From contig JBJFGS010000025.1 of the NCBI GenBank assembly GCA_051892935.1, positions 80,813-144,812 on the forward strand: DNA of 64,000 bases, written 5' to 3'. Shown here in pieces: positions 27,998-38,615 of the stretch. Numbering within the stretch: position 1 is the stretch's first letter; every line of letters starts with the position of its first letter. The translations under genes were made by a program, and so were the position numbers. The DNA is from Candidatus Coprovivens sp. GTDB taxonomy: Bacteria; Bacillota_I; Bacilli_A; RF39; UBA660. The notes under the pieces were generated by a model. That model was not told the DNA's origin. It worked only from the letters and a program-made list of their open reading frames with translations, and made no database searches.

Positions 27998-29449
27998 TCA
28001 TCTTTTATTTAATTCATCAGTTATTATTTCTTTCGTCATAACTGGATTAGCTTTACCTCTCGTATTTTTCATAACTTGACCAACAAAGTAATCAAATAAA
28101 TTTGTCTTACCAGCTTTATACTGTTCGATTTGCGTACTACTATTATCCATTATTTCACAAATAATACGAGTAAGTTCATCTTTATCACTAATTTGCGCAT
28201 TCTCTTTACTAATAAAGTTTTTAGGTTCTTTATTATTTTCAATAGCTTTAAAGAAAACTTCTTTAGCTTGCTTACTAGATAAAATACCAGTTGCTAAAGC
28301 ATCTGTAATTTGTTTTAACATTGAAGGAGTAATATAAAACTCCGAAATACTTTTATCTTCTTTATTTAATTCACCAACTATATTAACAGTAACCCAGTTA
28401 GAAGCGACTTTAGCATCAATTCCTAATTCAACACATTCTTCATAATAATCAGAAATTGCTTTTTCTTTAACCAATACACCTGCATCATAAGAAGATAATC
28501 CAAATTTATCAATATATTTTTTCTTTCTATCCATAGCAAGTTCAGGTATAGAATTTCTAATTTCTTCTAACCATTCTTTACTAATCTTGTATTTAGGAAT
28601 ATTAGGTTCAACAAAATATTTATAATCAATTGCATCTGCTTTACTTCTCATATGAATAGTAGACTGACTCTCCTCATCCCAACGTCTAGTTTCTTGTTCA
28701 ATAACACCGCCATTTTCTAGTAATTCAGTTTGTCTTTCTATTTCATAATTAATTGAATCTCTAACACCACCAAAAGAGTTTACGTTCTTAATTTCAACTT
28801 TAGTTCCCCAATTATTAGGATCAGACTCATCTAAAGATGCATCCATTAACGAAACGTTAACATCACACCTAATTTGACCTTTCTTAGTATCAGCCTCAGA
28901 TACACCAGCATATTGATAAACACTTCTCATATGCTCTAAAAACGCAACAGCTTCACTTGCACTATGAAAATCAGGTTCAGTAACTAATTCCATCAAAGGA
29001 ACACCTGCTCTATTATAATCAATATTACTAGTTGAATAAAAATGATCTAAAGAAGCAGCATCTTCTTCTAAATGGAAATTATTAACTCTTACCTTTTTTA
29101 TTTCATCACCACATTCAAATTCAACCTCACCATAAATACCAGCAGGAATTGGTTTAGTTTCTTGAGTAATTTGAAAACCCTTTGGTAAATCAGGATAATA
29201 ATAATTTTTTCTTTCAAAATAGAAAAACTCAGGTTGACTACATTTCAAAATCATACTAATCATTAAAGCTTTTTTTACAGCTTCTTTATTTACAACAGGT
29301 AATATACCAGGAAAAGCCATATCTACAGCAGATATATTACAGTTAGGAGTAGACTCATACGAGTTACGAGAACTACTAAATACTTTAGAATTAGTTTCAC
29401 TCATCTCACAATGCATTTCTAATCCTATTTTAGCTAAATACTTAGTCAT
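27998..29449 (-). CDS. gatB: Asp-tRNA(Asn)/Glu-tRNA(Gln) amidotransferase subunit B
   Basis: Conserved GatB N-terminus (LEMHCEMSE, PNCNIS...PGILPVVNKEAV) and a YqeY-like C-terminal domain. Confidence 0.9.
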   Translation of the reverse strand: MTKYLAKIGLEMHCEMSETNSKVFSSSRNSYESTPNCNISAVDMAFPGILPVVNKEAVKKALMISMILKCSQPEFFYFERKNYYYPDLPKGFQITQETKPIPAGIYGEVEFECGDEIKKVRVNNFHLEEDAASLDHFYSTSNIDYNRAGVPLMELVTEPDFHSASEAVAFLEHMRSVYQYAGVSEADTKKGQIRCDVNVSLMDASLDESDPNNWGTKVEIKNVNSFGGVRDSINYEIERQTELLENGGVIEQETRRWDEESQSTIHMRSKADAIDYKYFVEPNIPKYKISKEWLEEIRNSIPELAMDRKKKYIDKFGLSSYDAGVLVKEKAISDYYEECVELGIDAKVASNWVTVNIVGELNKEDKSISEFYITPSMLKQITDALATGILSSKQAKEVFFKAIENNKEPKNFISKENAQISDKDELTRIICEIMDNSSTQIEQYKAGKTNLFDYFVGQVMKNTRGKANPVMTKEIITDELNKR

Positions 29450-30915
29450 TATTTTACCTCCTTAACTACTTGGCCTTTATAATCCATTGCACTTTCAAGT
29501 GCATAAGCAATATTCAAAACTTTTTCATCTTCATAACAATTACCAGTTATATTAATACCTACAGGTAAGTTAGAAACAAAACCATTAGGTATAGTTATAG
29601 AAGGAAAACCGCCAAAATTACCTACCTGTAAATGTTCATCTAAAGACATTGTATTTATATCTTGTTTTAAATCTAATTCAGTAAACTTCTTAGCAGGTCC
29701 TACACCAACAGGACATAAAACTGCATCATATTTCTTATATAAATTTTTCCAAGTATCAACAATCATTCTTCGAGCTCTTTGAGCATTTTTAAAGTATCTT
29801 TCTTGGTTTTCTTTTTGTAATACATAAGAACCAATTACAAATCTTCTTTTTATTAATGGCGAAAAACCTTTAGTTCTATGATCTTTAATCATATCAATGT
29901 AATTATCTCCTTCACCTCTAGGTCCAAAGATAATACCTGTTAAGTTACTCATATTACTAGTAGCTTCAGCACTATGAATAACTCTATATACACTAAAAAC
30001 TGCGTTAAGTAGTTTTCTATCTACCGAAACTTCATCTACTTCCATACCAATATTTCTCGCAAGTTCAATAGTTTTCTTAAAATTTTCTAAATGTTCTTTA
30101 AGTTCATGTGAAGCATTAGGATAGTTTTCTATATCACATATTTCTTTTACATAACATAACTTCATACCTTTAACATCACCAGTACAAGATCCAAGTAAAT
30201 CCATCTTACTAGAATCCCAAGAAGTCATATCATTAGGATCAATTCCTTTCATAGTATTAACTACTATTGCAGCATCTCTAACAGAACGAGTTAAAACACC
30301 ACAATGATCTAAACTAGAAGCAAAAGGAAATAACCCATATCTTGAAATCATTCCGTATGTAGGTTTATATCCAACAATACCACAATAAGCAGCTGGTTTA
30401 CGAATAGAATCTCCAGTATCAGAACCTAATGCATAAGGATATACTCCAGCTGCAACAGCAGCAGCTGATCCAGAAGAAGATCCAGCACAAATACGAGTTC
30501 TATCCCAAGGATTTAATTGAACACCAGTATGACCAGTAGTACCAGTTCCACCCATACCAAATTCATCCATTGCTGTTTTATTTACTTTAATAGCTCCCGC
30601 TTTATTTAAATTAACAATAGCAGTAGCATCAAAAAAAGGTACATAATCTTTTAAAGTATTAGAACTTCCTGTTGAAAGAATACCCTTAGTAGAATAATTA
30701 TCTTTAACACCATAAGGAATTCCAGATAGTAAATTATCAGTTACTTCACATCCTTTAGCATCATCCAAAATAGTAACGAAAGCATTACATTTATCTTGAA
30801 TTTCATGACTACGTTCTAAAGATTCTTTAACTAACTCATCACTAGTTACATCACCTTTAACTAACATTTCATGTAATTCTTCAATTGATTTATCCATATA
30901 TTTCATCATCTTCAC
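29449..30915 (-). CDS. gatA: amidotransferase subunit A (amidase signature family)
   Basis: GGSSGGSAAAVAAG amidase signature. Overlaps gatB by 1 nt. Confidence 0.9.
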   Translation of the reverse strand: MKMMKYMDKSIEELHEMLVKGDVTSDELVKESLERSHEIQDKCNAFVTILDDAKGCEVTDNLLSGIPYGVKDNYSTKGILSTGSSNTLKDYVPFFDATAIVNLNKAGAIKVNKTAMDEFGMGGTGTTGHTGVQLNPWDRTRICAGSSSGSAAAVAAGVYPYALGSDTGDSIRKPAAYCGIVGYKPTYGMISRYGLFPFASSLDHCGVLTRSVRDAAIVVNTMKGIDPNDMTSWDSSKMDLLGSCTGDVKGMKLCYVKEICDIENYPNASHELKEHLENFKKTIELARNIGMEVDEVSVDRKLLNAVFSVYRVIHSAEATSNMSNLTGIIFGPRGEGDNYIDMIKDHRTKGFSPLIKRRFVIGSYVLQKENQERYFKNAQRARRMIVDTWKNLYKKYDAVLCPVGVGPAKKFTELDLKQDINTMSLDEHLQVGNFGGFPSITIPNGFVSNLPVGINITGNCYEDEKVLNIAYALESAMDYKGQVVKEVK

Positions 30916-30917
30916 CT

Positions 30918-31217
30918 CTATCCTACTACCTTAGGTACAACTATTTCTCTATCTTCAGTATCATCACTATTAGCAAGCAAATCTTCAATTGGTACAGAAT
31001 CAACTGCAACATCTTCTCTTAATTCATAAACGAAATCATCTAAACAATGTGTCATAGGTTCGGCATCCTTAATACCATCTATTTCATTAATTAAATCAAT
31101 ATTAGCATCAATAGCTTCAAATTCATCTAATACCATAGCATTTTCTTCTGAACTAAGACCAATCAAAAGTTTATCTGCTAAGTCATCAACTAATTCTTTT
31201 GTAAATACTTTACTCAT
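30918..31217 (-). CDS. gatC: amidotransferase subunit C
   Basis: 99 aa GatC-like protein directly upstream of gatA. Overlaps the aspS stop. Confidence 0.8.
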   Translation of the reverse strand: MSKVFTKELVDDLADKLLIGLSSEENAMVLDEFEAIDANIDLINEIDGIKDAEPMTHCLDDFVYELREDVAVDSVPIEDLLANSDDTEDREIVVPKVVG

Positions 31218-32973
31218 CTTTTTTCACCTCTATTTTAATTCCTAACTCTTTAAGTTGTTCCCTAGTTAATTCGCTTGGACTTCCCATCATTTGATCAGCT
31301 CCAGAAGCACTAGGTGGAAACGCTTGAACTTCTCTTAAATTAGGTTCATCTTTAATTAACATAAGTATTCTATCAATTCCAGGAGCCATTCCTCCATGTG
31401 GAGGGCATCCATACTTAAACGCTGTAAATATAGATTTAAATCTTGTTTCAATTTCATCCCTAGTATAGCCAACTACTTCAAAACCTTTAGCTAAACTTTC
31501 TAAATCATGATTTCTAATAGCTCCAGAAGCCATCTCATTACCATTACAAACAAAATCATATTGATAAGCTAAAATGTCACCAACATCTTCATATTTATCA
31601 TAATCAGATATTCCACCATGAGGTAAACTAAATGGATTATGACAGAATTCATATTTTTTCTTTTCATCATCCCATTCAAACATTGGGAAATCATTTACAA
31701 TACATAATTCTAATTTATTAGTATCAATTAATTCTAATTTTCTACCTAATTCAGTTCTAATTAAACCAGCAAATTTTTGTGCTTGTTTAACTCTCTTATT
31801 AGCAATAAAAAACATTACAGAATTAGTTTTCATATTAAACTTTTTAATTAAATTATCTCTTTCTTCATTACTTAAGAATTTATCAATAGGTCCTTTAAAT
31901 GTTCCATCTTCCATTAAAGTAAGATATCCAATACCAGGCATACCAATAGATGATGCAAAATCAACAACTTCATTAAACCAAGAATTTGGTTTATCTCCAA
32001 TATCATCTACTACAATAACTTTTATAGTACTTTTCTTAAAAGGGCCAAAAGTAATATCTTTAAGTACTTCAGTAGCATCTTTTATAATAAGTGGATTTCT
32101 TAAATCAGGTTTATCTGTTCCATACATATCCATCGCATCTTTATAAGCAATCCTCCTAAAAGGTTTAGGACTTACCTTTTTATTAGTAAAAGTAGTAAAT
32201 ACATCATAAAAAATATCTTCTCCAACTTCTAAAACTTCATCTTCAGTAACAAAAGACATTTCTAAATCTAATTGATAAAATTCTAAAGTTCTATCAGCTC
32301 TTGCATCTTCATCTCTAAAACAAGGAGCAATTTGAAAATACTTTTCAACACCACCAACCATTAATAACTCTTTATATATTTGAGGAGCTTGTGGCAAAGC
32401 ATAAAACTTTCCTTTAAAGTTTCTTGAAGGAACAACAAAATCTCTTGCTCCTTCAGGACTAGAAGCTGTAAGAATAGGTGTTTGAACTTCCATAAAACCA
32501 TTATCATACATTTTATTTCTTAAAAAATGTAAAACATCACTTCTTAGCTTAAAATTATCTTTAACTTTATTATTTCTCATATCAAGATATCTATATTTTA
32601 ACCTTATATCTTCGCTAGCTTCTTTAGAAGAAACAATTTGAAAAGGAAGTTCATGTAATGAAGATCCCAACACTTCCAAAGTATCTACTAACAACTCAAC
32701 TTCACCAGTTTTTAGATTATTATTTATAGTATCCTCGCTTCTCTTTCTAATAATCCCAGACAATTTAACTACTGATTCTTTAGCAAGACCAACAAATAAT
32801 GAATCATCATTTGATACCGCTTGTAGTTTTTCAGTATTATCTCTTAAATCTAAAAACAATACTCCACCATGATCTCTTATATTTTCAATCCATCCACTAA
32901 CTACTACAGTTTTTCCTACTAATGTAGAATCTATATCACAACAATGATGTGTTCTAAAAATATTTTGCTTCAT
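31210..32973 (-). CDS. aspS: aspartyl-tRNA synthetase
   Basis: Class II motifs (FRDEDARADR, GGMAPGIDRI) and a GAD insertion domain. 587 aa. Confidence 0.9.
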   Translation of the reverse strand: MKQNIFRTHHCCDIDSTLVGKTVVVSGWIENIRDHGGVLFLDLRDNTEKLQAVSNDDSLFVGLAKESVVKLSGIIRKRSEDTINNNLKTGEVELLVDTLEVLGSSLHELPFQIVSSKEASEDIRLKYRYLDMRNNKVKDNFKLRSDVLHFLRNKMYDNGFMEVQTPILTASSPEGARDFVVPSRNFKGKFYALPQAPQIYKELLMVGGVEKYFQIAPCFRDEDARADRTLEFYQLDLEMSFVTEDEVLEVGEDIFYDVFTTFTNKKVSPKPFRRIAYKDAMDMYGTDKPDLRNPLIIKDATEVLKDITFGPFKKSTIKVIVVDDIGDKPNSWFNEVVDFASSIGMPGIGYLTLMEDGTFKGPIDKFLSNEERDNLIKKFNMKTNSVMFFIANKRVKQAQKFAGLIRTELGRKLELIDTNKLELCIVNDFPMFEWDDEKKKYEFCHNPFSLPHGGISDYDKYEDVGDILAYQYDFVCNGNEMASGAIRNHDLESLAKGFEVVGYTRDEIETRFKSIFTAFKYGCPPHGGMAPGIDRILMLIKDEPNLREVQAFPPSASGADQMMGSPSELTREQLKELGIKIEVKKDE

Positions 32974-33010
32974 ATCAATCTACTTCCTTTCTTTCTTATT
33001 TTTATTTATA

Positions 33011-34378
33011 TTAATATTCGCAATTTCCTGGAGTTCTTGGATAAGGAATAACATCTCTTATATTTTCAACACCAGTTAGATATATAAGTAATCTTTCAAA
33101 TCCCATTCCAAACCCAGAATGAATACATCCTCCAAATTTTCTTAAATTTAGGTACCAATCCATACCATCAGTTGCCATACCTAATTCATTCATTCTATTA
33201 ACTAATTTATCATAATTTTCTTCTCTTTGTGAACCGCCCATTAATTCACCAGCACCAGGTACTTCTAAATCAACAGCAGCTACTGTTTTACCATCATCAT
33301 TTTGTTTCATATAGAATGCCTTAATATCTTTAGGCCAATTTTTTATAAATACCGGTCCATTAAAATACTCAGTAATATATTTTTCGTGTTCCTTAGCAAT
33401 ATCTTCCCCATATTCAGGTTCAAATTCCCATTTAACATCAGCTTCTTTAAGAATCTTAATTACTTCATCATGATCAATTCTTACAAATGAACTATTTACT
33501 AAATTAGTTAATTTTTCTTTCAATCCCTTTTCAACAAATTGATCAAAGAAATCTATTTCCAAGGAAGCATTATCAAGTACATATTGAACAACATACTTAA
33601 GCATATCCTCCATAACATCCATATCACCATTTAAATCAGTAAATGCCATTTCAGGCTCAATCATCCAAAATTCATTTGCATGCGTTTTAGTATTAGAATT
33701 TTCAGCTCTAAAAGTCGGACCAAATGTATAAGTCTTTTTATAAGCTAAAGCAAATGTTTCAGCTTCAAGTTGACCACTAACAGTTAAATTAGCCATCTTA
33801 CCAAAGAAATCCTTTGAATAATCAGGTTTACCATTAACTCTTTCTAAATCCAAAGTAGTAACTTGAAACATTTCTCCTGCTCCTTCACAATCACTAGCAG
33901 TAATAAGAGGTGCATGAAAATACACATAATTTCTTTCTTGAAAATATTTATGTATAGCATAAGCAGCAATACTTCTAACTCTAAATACTGCTTGAAAAAG
34001 ATTAGTTCTAGGTCTTAAATAAGCTTGTTCTCTTAAAAATTCTCTAGTATGTCTCTTAGGTTGAATAGGATAATCAGCAGGACAATCTCCTAACAAAGTT
34101 ACAACACTAGCTTTTAATTCAACATCTTGATTACCAGAACTTTCAACTAATATCCCTTTAACTTCAATAGCACAACCTACTAACATTTTTTGTATATCTA
34201 AAAAATTATCAAGTCCATTATCATAAACAACTTGTAAATGTTGTTGTGTAGTACCATCACTAAAATCAATAAAACCAAATTCCTTTTGCTTACGATGATT
34301 TCTTATCCATCCCTGAATAATAACTTCATCTCCAATATGAGCATTATTAAATAAATCTTTTAAATCCATAATATTCAT
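33011..34378 (-). CDS. asnS: asparaginyl-tRNA synthetase
   Basis: 455 aa class IIb synthetase without a GAD domain (FRAENSNT, GFGMGFERL). Confidence 0.85.
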   Translation of the reverse strand: MNIMDLKDLFNNAHIGDEVIIQGWIRNHRKQKEFGFIDFSDGTTQQHLQVVYDNGLDNFLDIQKMLVGCAIEVKGILVESSGNQDVELKASVVTLLGDCPADYPIQPKRHTREFLREQAYLRPRTNLFQAVFRVRSIAAYAIHKYFQERNYVYFHAPLITASDCEGAGEMFQVTTLDLERVNGKPDYSKDFFGKMANLTVSGQLEAETFALAYKKTYTFGPTFRAENSNTKTHANEFWMIEPEMAFTDLNGDMDVMEDMLKYVVQYVLDNASLEIDFFDQFVEKGLKEKLTNLVNSSFVRIDHDEVIKILKEADVKWEFEPEYGEDIAKEHEKYITEYFNGPVFIKNWPKDIKAFYMKQNDDGKTVAAVDLEVPGAGELMGGSQREENYDKLVNRMNELGMATDGMDWYLNLRKFGGCIHSGFGMGFERLLIYLTGVENIRDVIPYPRTPGNCEY

Positions 34379-34380
34379 CC

Positions 34381-35649
34381 CTATCTACAATTTATATCTA
34401 AATAATCATCAATCTCTGCTTCTTTAACCATTGTTACTTCCTTAGTATGATTATCTTTAACTTGAATTTCTCCACCTACTAAATCTTCACTATTAAGTAT
34501 TACTAAAAATTTTGCATTTAATCTATCTGCCTGTTTAAATTGACCTTTTAAAGCTCTTCCCATATATTCAGTTTCAACACGTAATCCTTGTAATCTTAAA
34601 TCTTGCGTTAAAGCCATCGCATACTCTTTTTCAGTATCATTTACATATAAAATAAATGCATCTAACTCATTATTAATAGGTACTTCAATATTTTCTTTAT
34701 CCAAAGCCATAACAAGCCTACCCAGTCCACAAGCAAATCCAATACCAGGTGTAGATGGACCTCCTAAATTACTAACCAAAGTATCATATCTACCACCACC
34801 AGCTAAGACATTATTAGAACCAAAATCCTTAACTGTAGCTTCAATTTCAAATACAGTATGACAATAATAATCTAATCCTCTAACTATTTTAGGATCAACT
34901 TCATAATCAATATCTAAAACATCTAAATAATTTTGAACATCCATAAATCTATTTTTAGATTCTTCATTTAAGTAATCTAACATTACTGGAGCATTCTTAA
35001 TTATGTCATTTTCAGCATCAAATTTACAATCTAAGATACGTAATGGATTCTTTTTTAATCTCTCATTACAATCAGGACACAATTCACTTATATGAGGCTC
35101 AAAATAATCAATTAAAGCGTTTCTATAATTATCTCTAGATAGAGTATCACCTAAACTATTAATTTTAACTTTTATACCTTTTAACCCCAATAATTTAAAA
35201 ATATTAACAGCAACAGAAATAACTTCTGCATCAATAGCGGGATCATCACTACCAAGAACCTCAACCCCAAACTGCGTAAGTTCTCTATCTCTTCCAGATT
35301 GTGGTCTCTCATATCGATACATTGTTCCATTATAGTATAGTTTTACAGGTTGTATAGTATCTCCATACATTTTATTTTCAATAAAACTTCTAACAACACC
35401 AGCTGTTCCTTCTGGTCTTAAAGTCATATTTCTATCCCCACGATCAACAAAATCATAAGTTTCTTTAGACACTATATCTGTTGTATCTCCAACACCTCTA
35501 TGAAACAATTCCGTACTTTCAAAAATAGGTGTTCTAATCATTCCATAATTATATCTTTCCATTACTTCATCAACAACACGACTAACATATTGCCATTTTT
35601 TCATTTGTTCACCATACAAATCATAAGTTCCCTTAGGTTTAGTTATCAT
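34381..35649 (-). CDS. hisS: histidyl-tRNA synthetase
   Basis: Class IIa HisRS motifs. The true start is the ATG (MITKPKGTYD) 7 nt after GGAGG. The track ORF runs a further 22 codons into the leader. Confidence 0.9.
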   Translation of the reverse strand: MITKPKGTYDLYGEQMKKWQYVSRVVDEVMERYNYGMIRTPIFESTELFHRGVGDTTDIVSKETYDFVDRGDRNMTLRPEGTAGVVRSFIENKMYGDTIQPVKLYYNGTMYRYERPQSGRDRELTQFGVEVLGSDDPAIDAEVISVAVNIFKLLGLKGIKVKINSLGDTLSRDNYRNALIDYFEPHISELCPDCNERLKKNPLRILDCKFDAENDIIKNAPVMLDYLNEESKNRFMDVQNYLDVLDIDYEVDPKIVRGLDYYCHTVFEIEATVKDFGSNNVLAGGGRYDTLVSNLGGPSTPGIGFACGLGRLVMALDKENIEVPINNELDAFILYVNDTEKEYAMALTQDLRLQGLRVETEYMGRALKGQFKQADRLNAKFLVILNSEDLVGGEIQVKDNHTKEVTMVKEAEIDDYLDINCR

Positions 35650-35663
35650 TATATCTCCTCCAT

Positions 35664-35875
35664 AAATAAAAAAGGTACCTAAATAACGTAAGGACGAAAA
35701 ATTCCGCGGTGCCACCTTACTTTACTTAGGTACTCTCATATTTTTATTTTATCGCTCTTAATGCGTTCTTAATATCAGAAAGTTGTTTTTCATATATAAT
35801 CCAATAAGGCATTTCCACCATATAGCCCTCTCTTTTATTTTCAATATATACTACTCGTCTTTCAATAAGAAAAGT
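35664..35875 (-). promoter_or_regulatory. T-box riboswitch leader upstream of hisS-asnS-aspS-gatCAB
   Basis: Conserved T-box AAGGUGGCACCGCGG (plus 35704-35717). A terminator GGTACCTAAGTAA / TTATTTAGGTACC with a U-run. Stem I carries AGUA and AGAGAG elements. A promoter TTGACT-17-TAAAAT at 35882-35910. Confidence 0.75.
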
Positions 35876-35973
35876 CTAAAAGTATTTTACTATCAAAATA
35901 ATAATTAGTCAATAAATAGATTTAATTTATTCATATGACTAGCTATAATATTAACACTTTTTAGTAATATTAA

Positions 35974-35998
35974 CAAAAAAAGCAAGAAAACTTGCTTT
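35974..35998 (-). terminator. rho-independent terminator
   Basis: AAGCAAG-aaaa-CTTGCTT with a U-run, directly after the stop of the 438 aa gene. Confidence 0.55.
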
Positions 35999-37314
35999 TA
36001 ATCATTAGCATCCCATATATTAGTATTTACAGCTTTAGTATCATAATCATACTTCAATTCTCTTCCCTTATATATTCTTAATAATAAAACTCCTTTATTC
36101 TCAGCATATAATTGAAAAGCAGGATGAGAAAAATCATCATAATGCATTTCTGAAAAATATAGTTTAATTTTATATCTCTCTGTTTTACCATAATCCATAA
36201 AGTGTAAAACACTATCTTCACTAGTTAAATACATCACAAAAGTATCTCTAGCCAAAACTTCTGTTACTTTTTCAATATTTAAAAACTCATTACCATCAAT
36301 TCTAAATATTCTATAATCTACAAAAGTATCATCACCAATTGTCCTATCTCGTCCAGTCTTAAAATAATAAGTATGATTATTGTTTTTCCATACATCGTAA
36401 ATAGGATCTACACTTTCAGCCGAAACAGTAGACTTTTTATATAAATCATATATAAACCATATACCATCTTTACACAAAATATAGTAATCAGTATCTTCAT
36501 CATAACTAATAGAATCATAAACATAATCTAATTCTTTAATTATTTCACCATCTTTATCTATCTTAATTAATCCCCACTTACCAGTATCCATACTTTTTAC
36601 TATATATCGATTATTTTCACCATAACCAATATCATAATCTTCATCCAAAGTACTCATTTTAACATCAGCAAATTTAGCAATAATTTCTGGCTTATGTTCA
36701 TCATCTTCTAAAAATCTATACAAATAAATAATTCTAGAATAATTTAAATCACCATATTCAGATTCTTGTTTTAATGAATCATCCACAAAGGCAAAAGTCT
36801 CATAAATCATCCCCAAAGTATAAGGATCATGTTTCGTCAAAGCATCTTTATTAGTTGTATTATACTGATCATATCCACCAAAAGCTTTATTACATCCTAA
36901 AACAGTATTTATACATTTATAAGTTCCTAATAGTTCACCTTTTCTACTATAATAATAAAGTAATCCTTTATATTTATCATATCTCTTTATATTTTCAGGA
37001 ACTTCATAATCAGTATCTACAACAGGCAAATCAGGTAAAGCCTCAGGATTTTTAAGTCCAATCCAAAAAGGAACCATTTCTTTCTTTGTTATAGAAACTC
37101 TGTTATAAGCCCTATAAACATATCCAAAAGAAATATATTCATTAACAACACCATCATCATACTTTCTTTCAATATGTAAAGCCAATATAGGTGTCTTACC
37201 TTCAGTATATCTAACATAATTTATAATAAACAATATTCCCCATAAAATCAAAACGATTAACACAATTAATTCTATTTTTTTCTCTTTAGACATCTTCTTT
37301 GGCGTTTGATACAT
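35998..37314 (-). CDS. membrane-anchored protein with Tyr/Asp/Trp-rich repeats, function unknown
   Basis: N-terminal TM helix IELIVLIVLILWGILFII. 438 aa. Confidence 0.45.
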   Translation of the reverse strand: MYQTPKKMSKEKKIELIVLIVLILWGILFIINYVRYTEGKTPILALHIERKYDDGVVNEYISFGYVYRAYNRVSITKKEMVPFWIGLKNPEALPDLPVVDTDYEVPENIKRYDKYKGLLYYYSRKGELLGTYKCINTVLGCNKAFGGYDQYNTTNKDALTKHDPYTLGMIYETFAFVDDSLKQESEYGDLNYSRIIYLYRFLEDDEHKPEIIAKFADVKMSTLDEDYDIGYGENNRYIVKSMDTGKWGLIKIDKDGEIIKELDYVYDSISYDEDTDYYILCKDGIWFIYDLYKKSTVSAESVDPIYDVWKNNNHTYYFKTGRDRTIGDDTFVDYRIFRIDGNEFLNIEKVTEVLARDTFVMYLTSEDSVLHFMDYGKTERYKIKLYFSEMHYDDFSHPAFQLYAENKGVLLLRIYKGRELKYDYDTKAVNTNIWDAND

Positions 37315-37393
37315 TTTATACCACCTCTATTATATATAATATCACATTTTATAATATTAAAAAATAACAAATAATTAAAAAGGATAAACGCAT

Positions 37394-38170
37394 CTATCCT
37401 TCATTAACTATTGAACTACTAATTAAATAAAAAGATTCATCTTCTTTTAAGAAAATATGTTCATATAAAACACCATCCTGTTTAATAGTTTTATCAGATA
37501 AAGAAGGTTTTTCTTTTCCTTTATAATTACTACAAAATTCTTCTCCAAAATAATTAATACATCTATTAATATCACGCAAATCAATTTGTAAATAATACTC
37601 TCGAATAGCTATTTGATTATTAGATTTATAAGCACTATCATAACTAGAATATCCAAATACAGTATTAGTATAATCATCAATTAAACAGTAGTATCTTTTA
37701 CCATCATTTTTACAATCATATCCATGATAATTAAAATCATCAAAATTTATTTCATTGTCAGAAATAAAATATTTCTTTTGATAATTACTAAAAACACTAT
37801 TATCAATAATTCTAATTTTACAATCAGTACTACTAGTGAATTTAATTGTTTTAGTAACTTGACAAACTATCTTTTCATGTTCATAAATTTTTTCATTATA
37901 ATCATTTTTAGTAAGATTATCTATAACAAAATGAACAATCTCCTCACTAGTCAAATCTTCACTAAGAAATTCTGCTTTTCTTAAATCAGTTTTATCTTTT
38001 ATTCTGTCATAAAGAACTACTGCCGTAGGATCTTTTTCATCTAACTTAGTGGTAGTTAACAATTCATATCCATATTTAGCATTTCCAACAACCAAAAAAG
38101 TAATTGTTAATACAACAAGAACTACTAAAACAACGACAAAAGTTTTAACTACATCTTTCATAAGTACCAC
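37394..38170 (-). CDS. membrane-anchored Cys-containing extracytoplasmic protein, function unknown
   Basis: N-terminal hydrophobic anchor VVVLVVLVVLTITFLVV. 258 aa. Confidence 0.45.
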   Translation of the reverse strand: MVLMKDVVKTFVVVLVVLVVLTITFLVVGNAKYGYELLTTTKLDEKDPTAVVLYDRIKDKTDLRKAEFLSEDLTSEEIVHFVIDNLTKNDYNEKIYEHEKIVCQVTKTIKFTSSTDCKIRIIDNSVFSNYQKKYFISDNEINFDDFNYHGYDCKNDGKRYYCLIDDYTNTVFGYSSYDSAYKSNNQIAIREYYLQIDLRDINRCINYFGEEFCSNYKGKEKPSLSDKTIKQDGVLYEHIFLKEDESFYLISSSIVNEG

Positions 38171-38171
38171 C

Positions 38172-38615
38172 TTATTTAATATCAGTATCTATAATTATTG
38201 TTGTAGGGCCATCATTAATAATTTCTACCTTCATATCAGCTCCAAAAATACCGCCCTTAGTAGGAACAATCTCATTAAGCAATTCATTAAACTTTTCATA
38301 CATAGGTTTAGCCTTTTCTCCTCCTAAAGCTCTAATATAAGAAGGACGATTACCCTTTCTCGTATCACCATATAAAGTAAATTGTGAAATAGATAAAATT
38401 TCTCCTTTTTCATCGATAACACTTCTATTCATAACATCATTCTCATCTTCAAAGACTCTTAGATTTGTTATCTTCCTAACACAATACTTTATATCTTCCA
38501 AAGTATCAGTATCAGTAAACCCAACTAAAACATTTAATCCTCTTCCAATCTCATTTACTAAAGCTCCATTAACCACTACTTTTGATCTATTTACTTTTTG
38601 AACAACACATCTCAT
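38172..38615 (-). CDS. dtd: D-aminoacyl-tRNA deacylase
   Basis: 147 aa with the SQFTLYGD motif. Overlaps the relA stop (ATGA). Confidence 0.9.
   Translation of the reverse strand: MRCVVQKVNRSKVVVNGALVNEIGRGLNVLVGFTDTDTLEDIKYCVRKITNLRVFEDENDVMNRSVIDEKGEILSISQFTLYGDTRKGNRPSYIRALGGEKAKPMYEKFNELLNEIVPTKGGIFGADMKVEIINDGPTTIIIDTDIK

Noticed and set aside
35664-35875. His specifier codon in the hisS T-box
   Set aside because: I expected CAC/CAU but could not place one in the specifier-loop candidate from my manual fold. I do not assert the specificity and report it as an open question.
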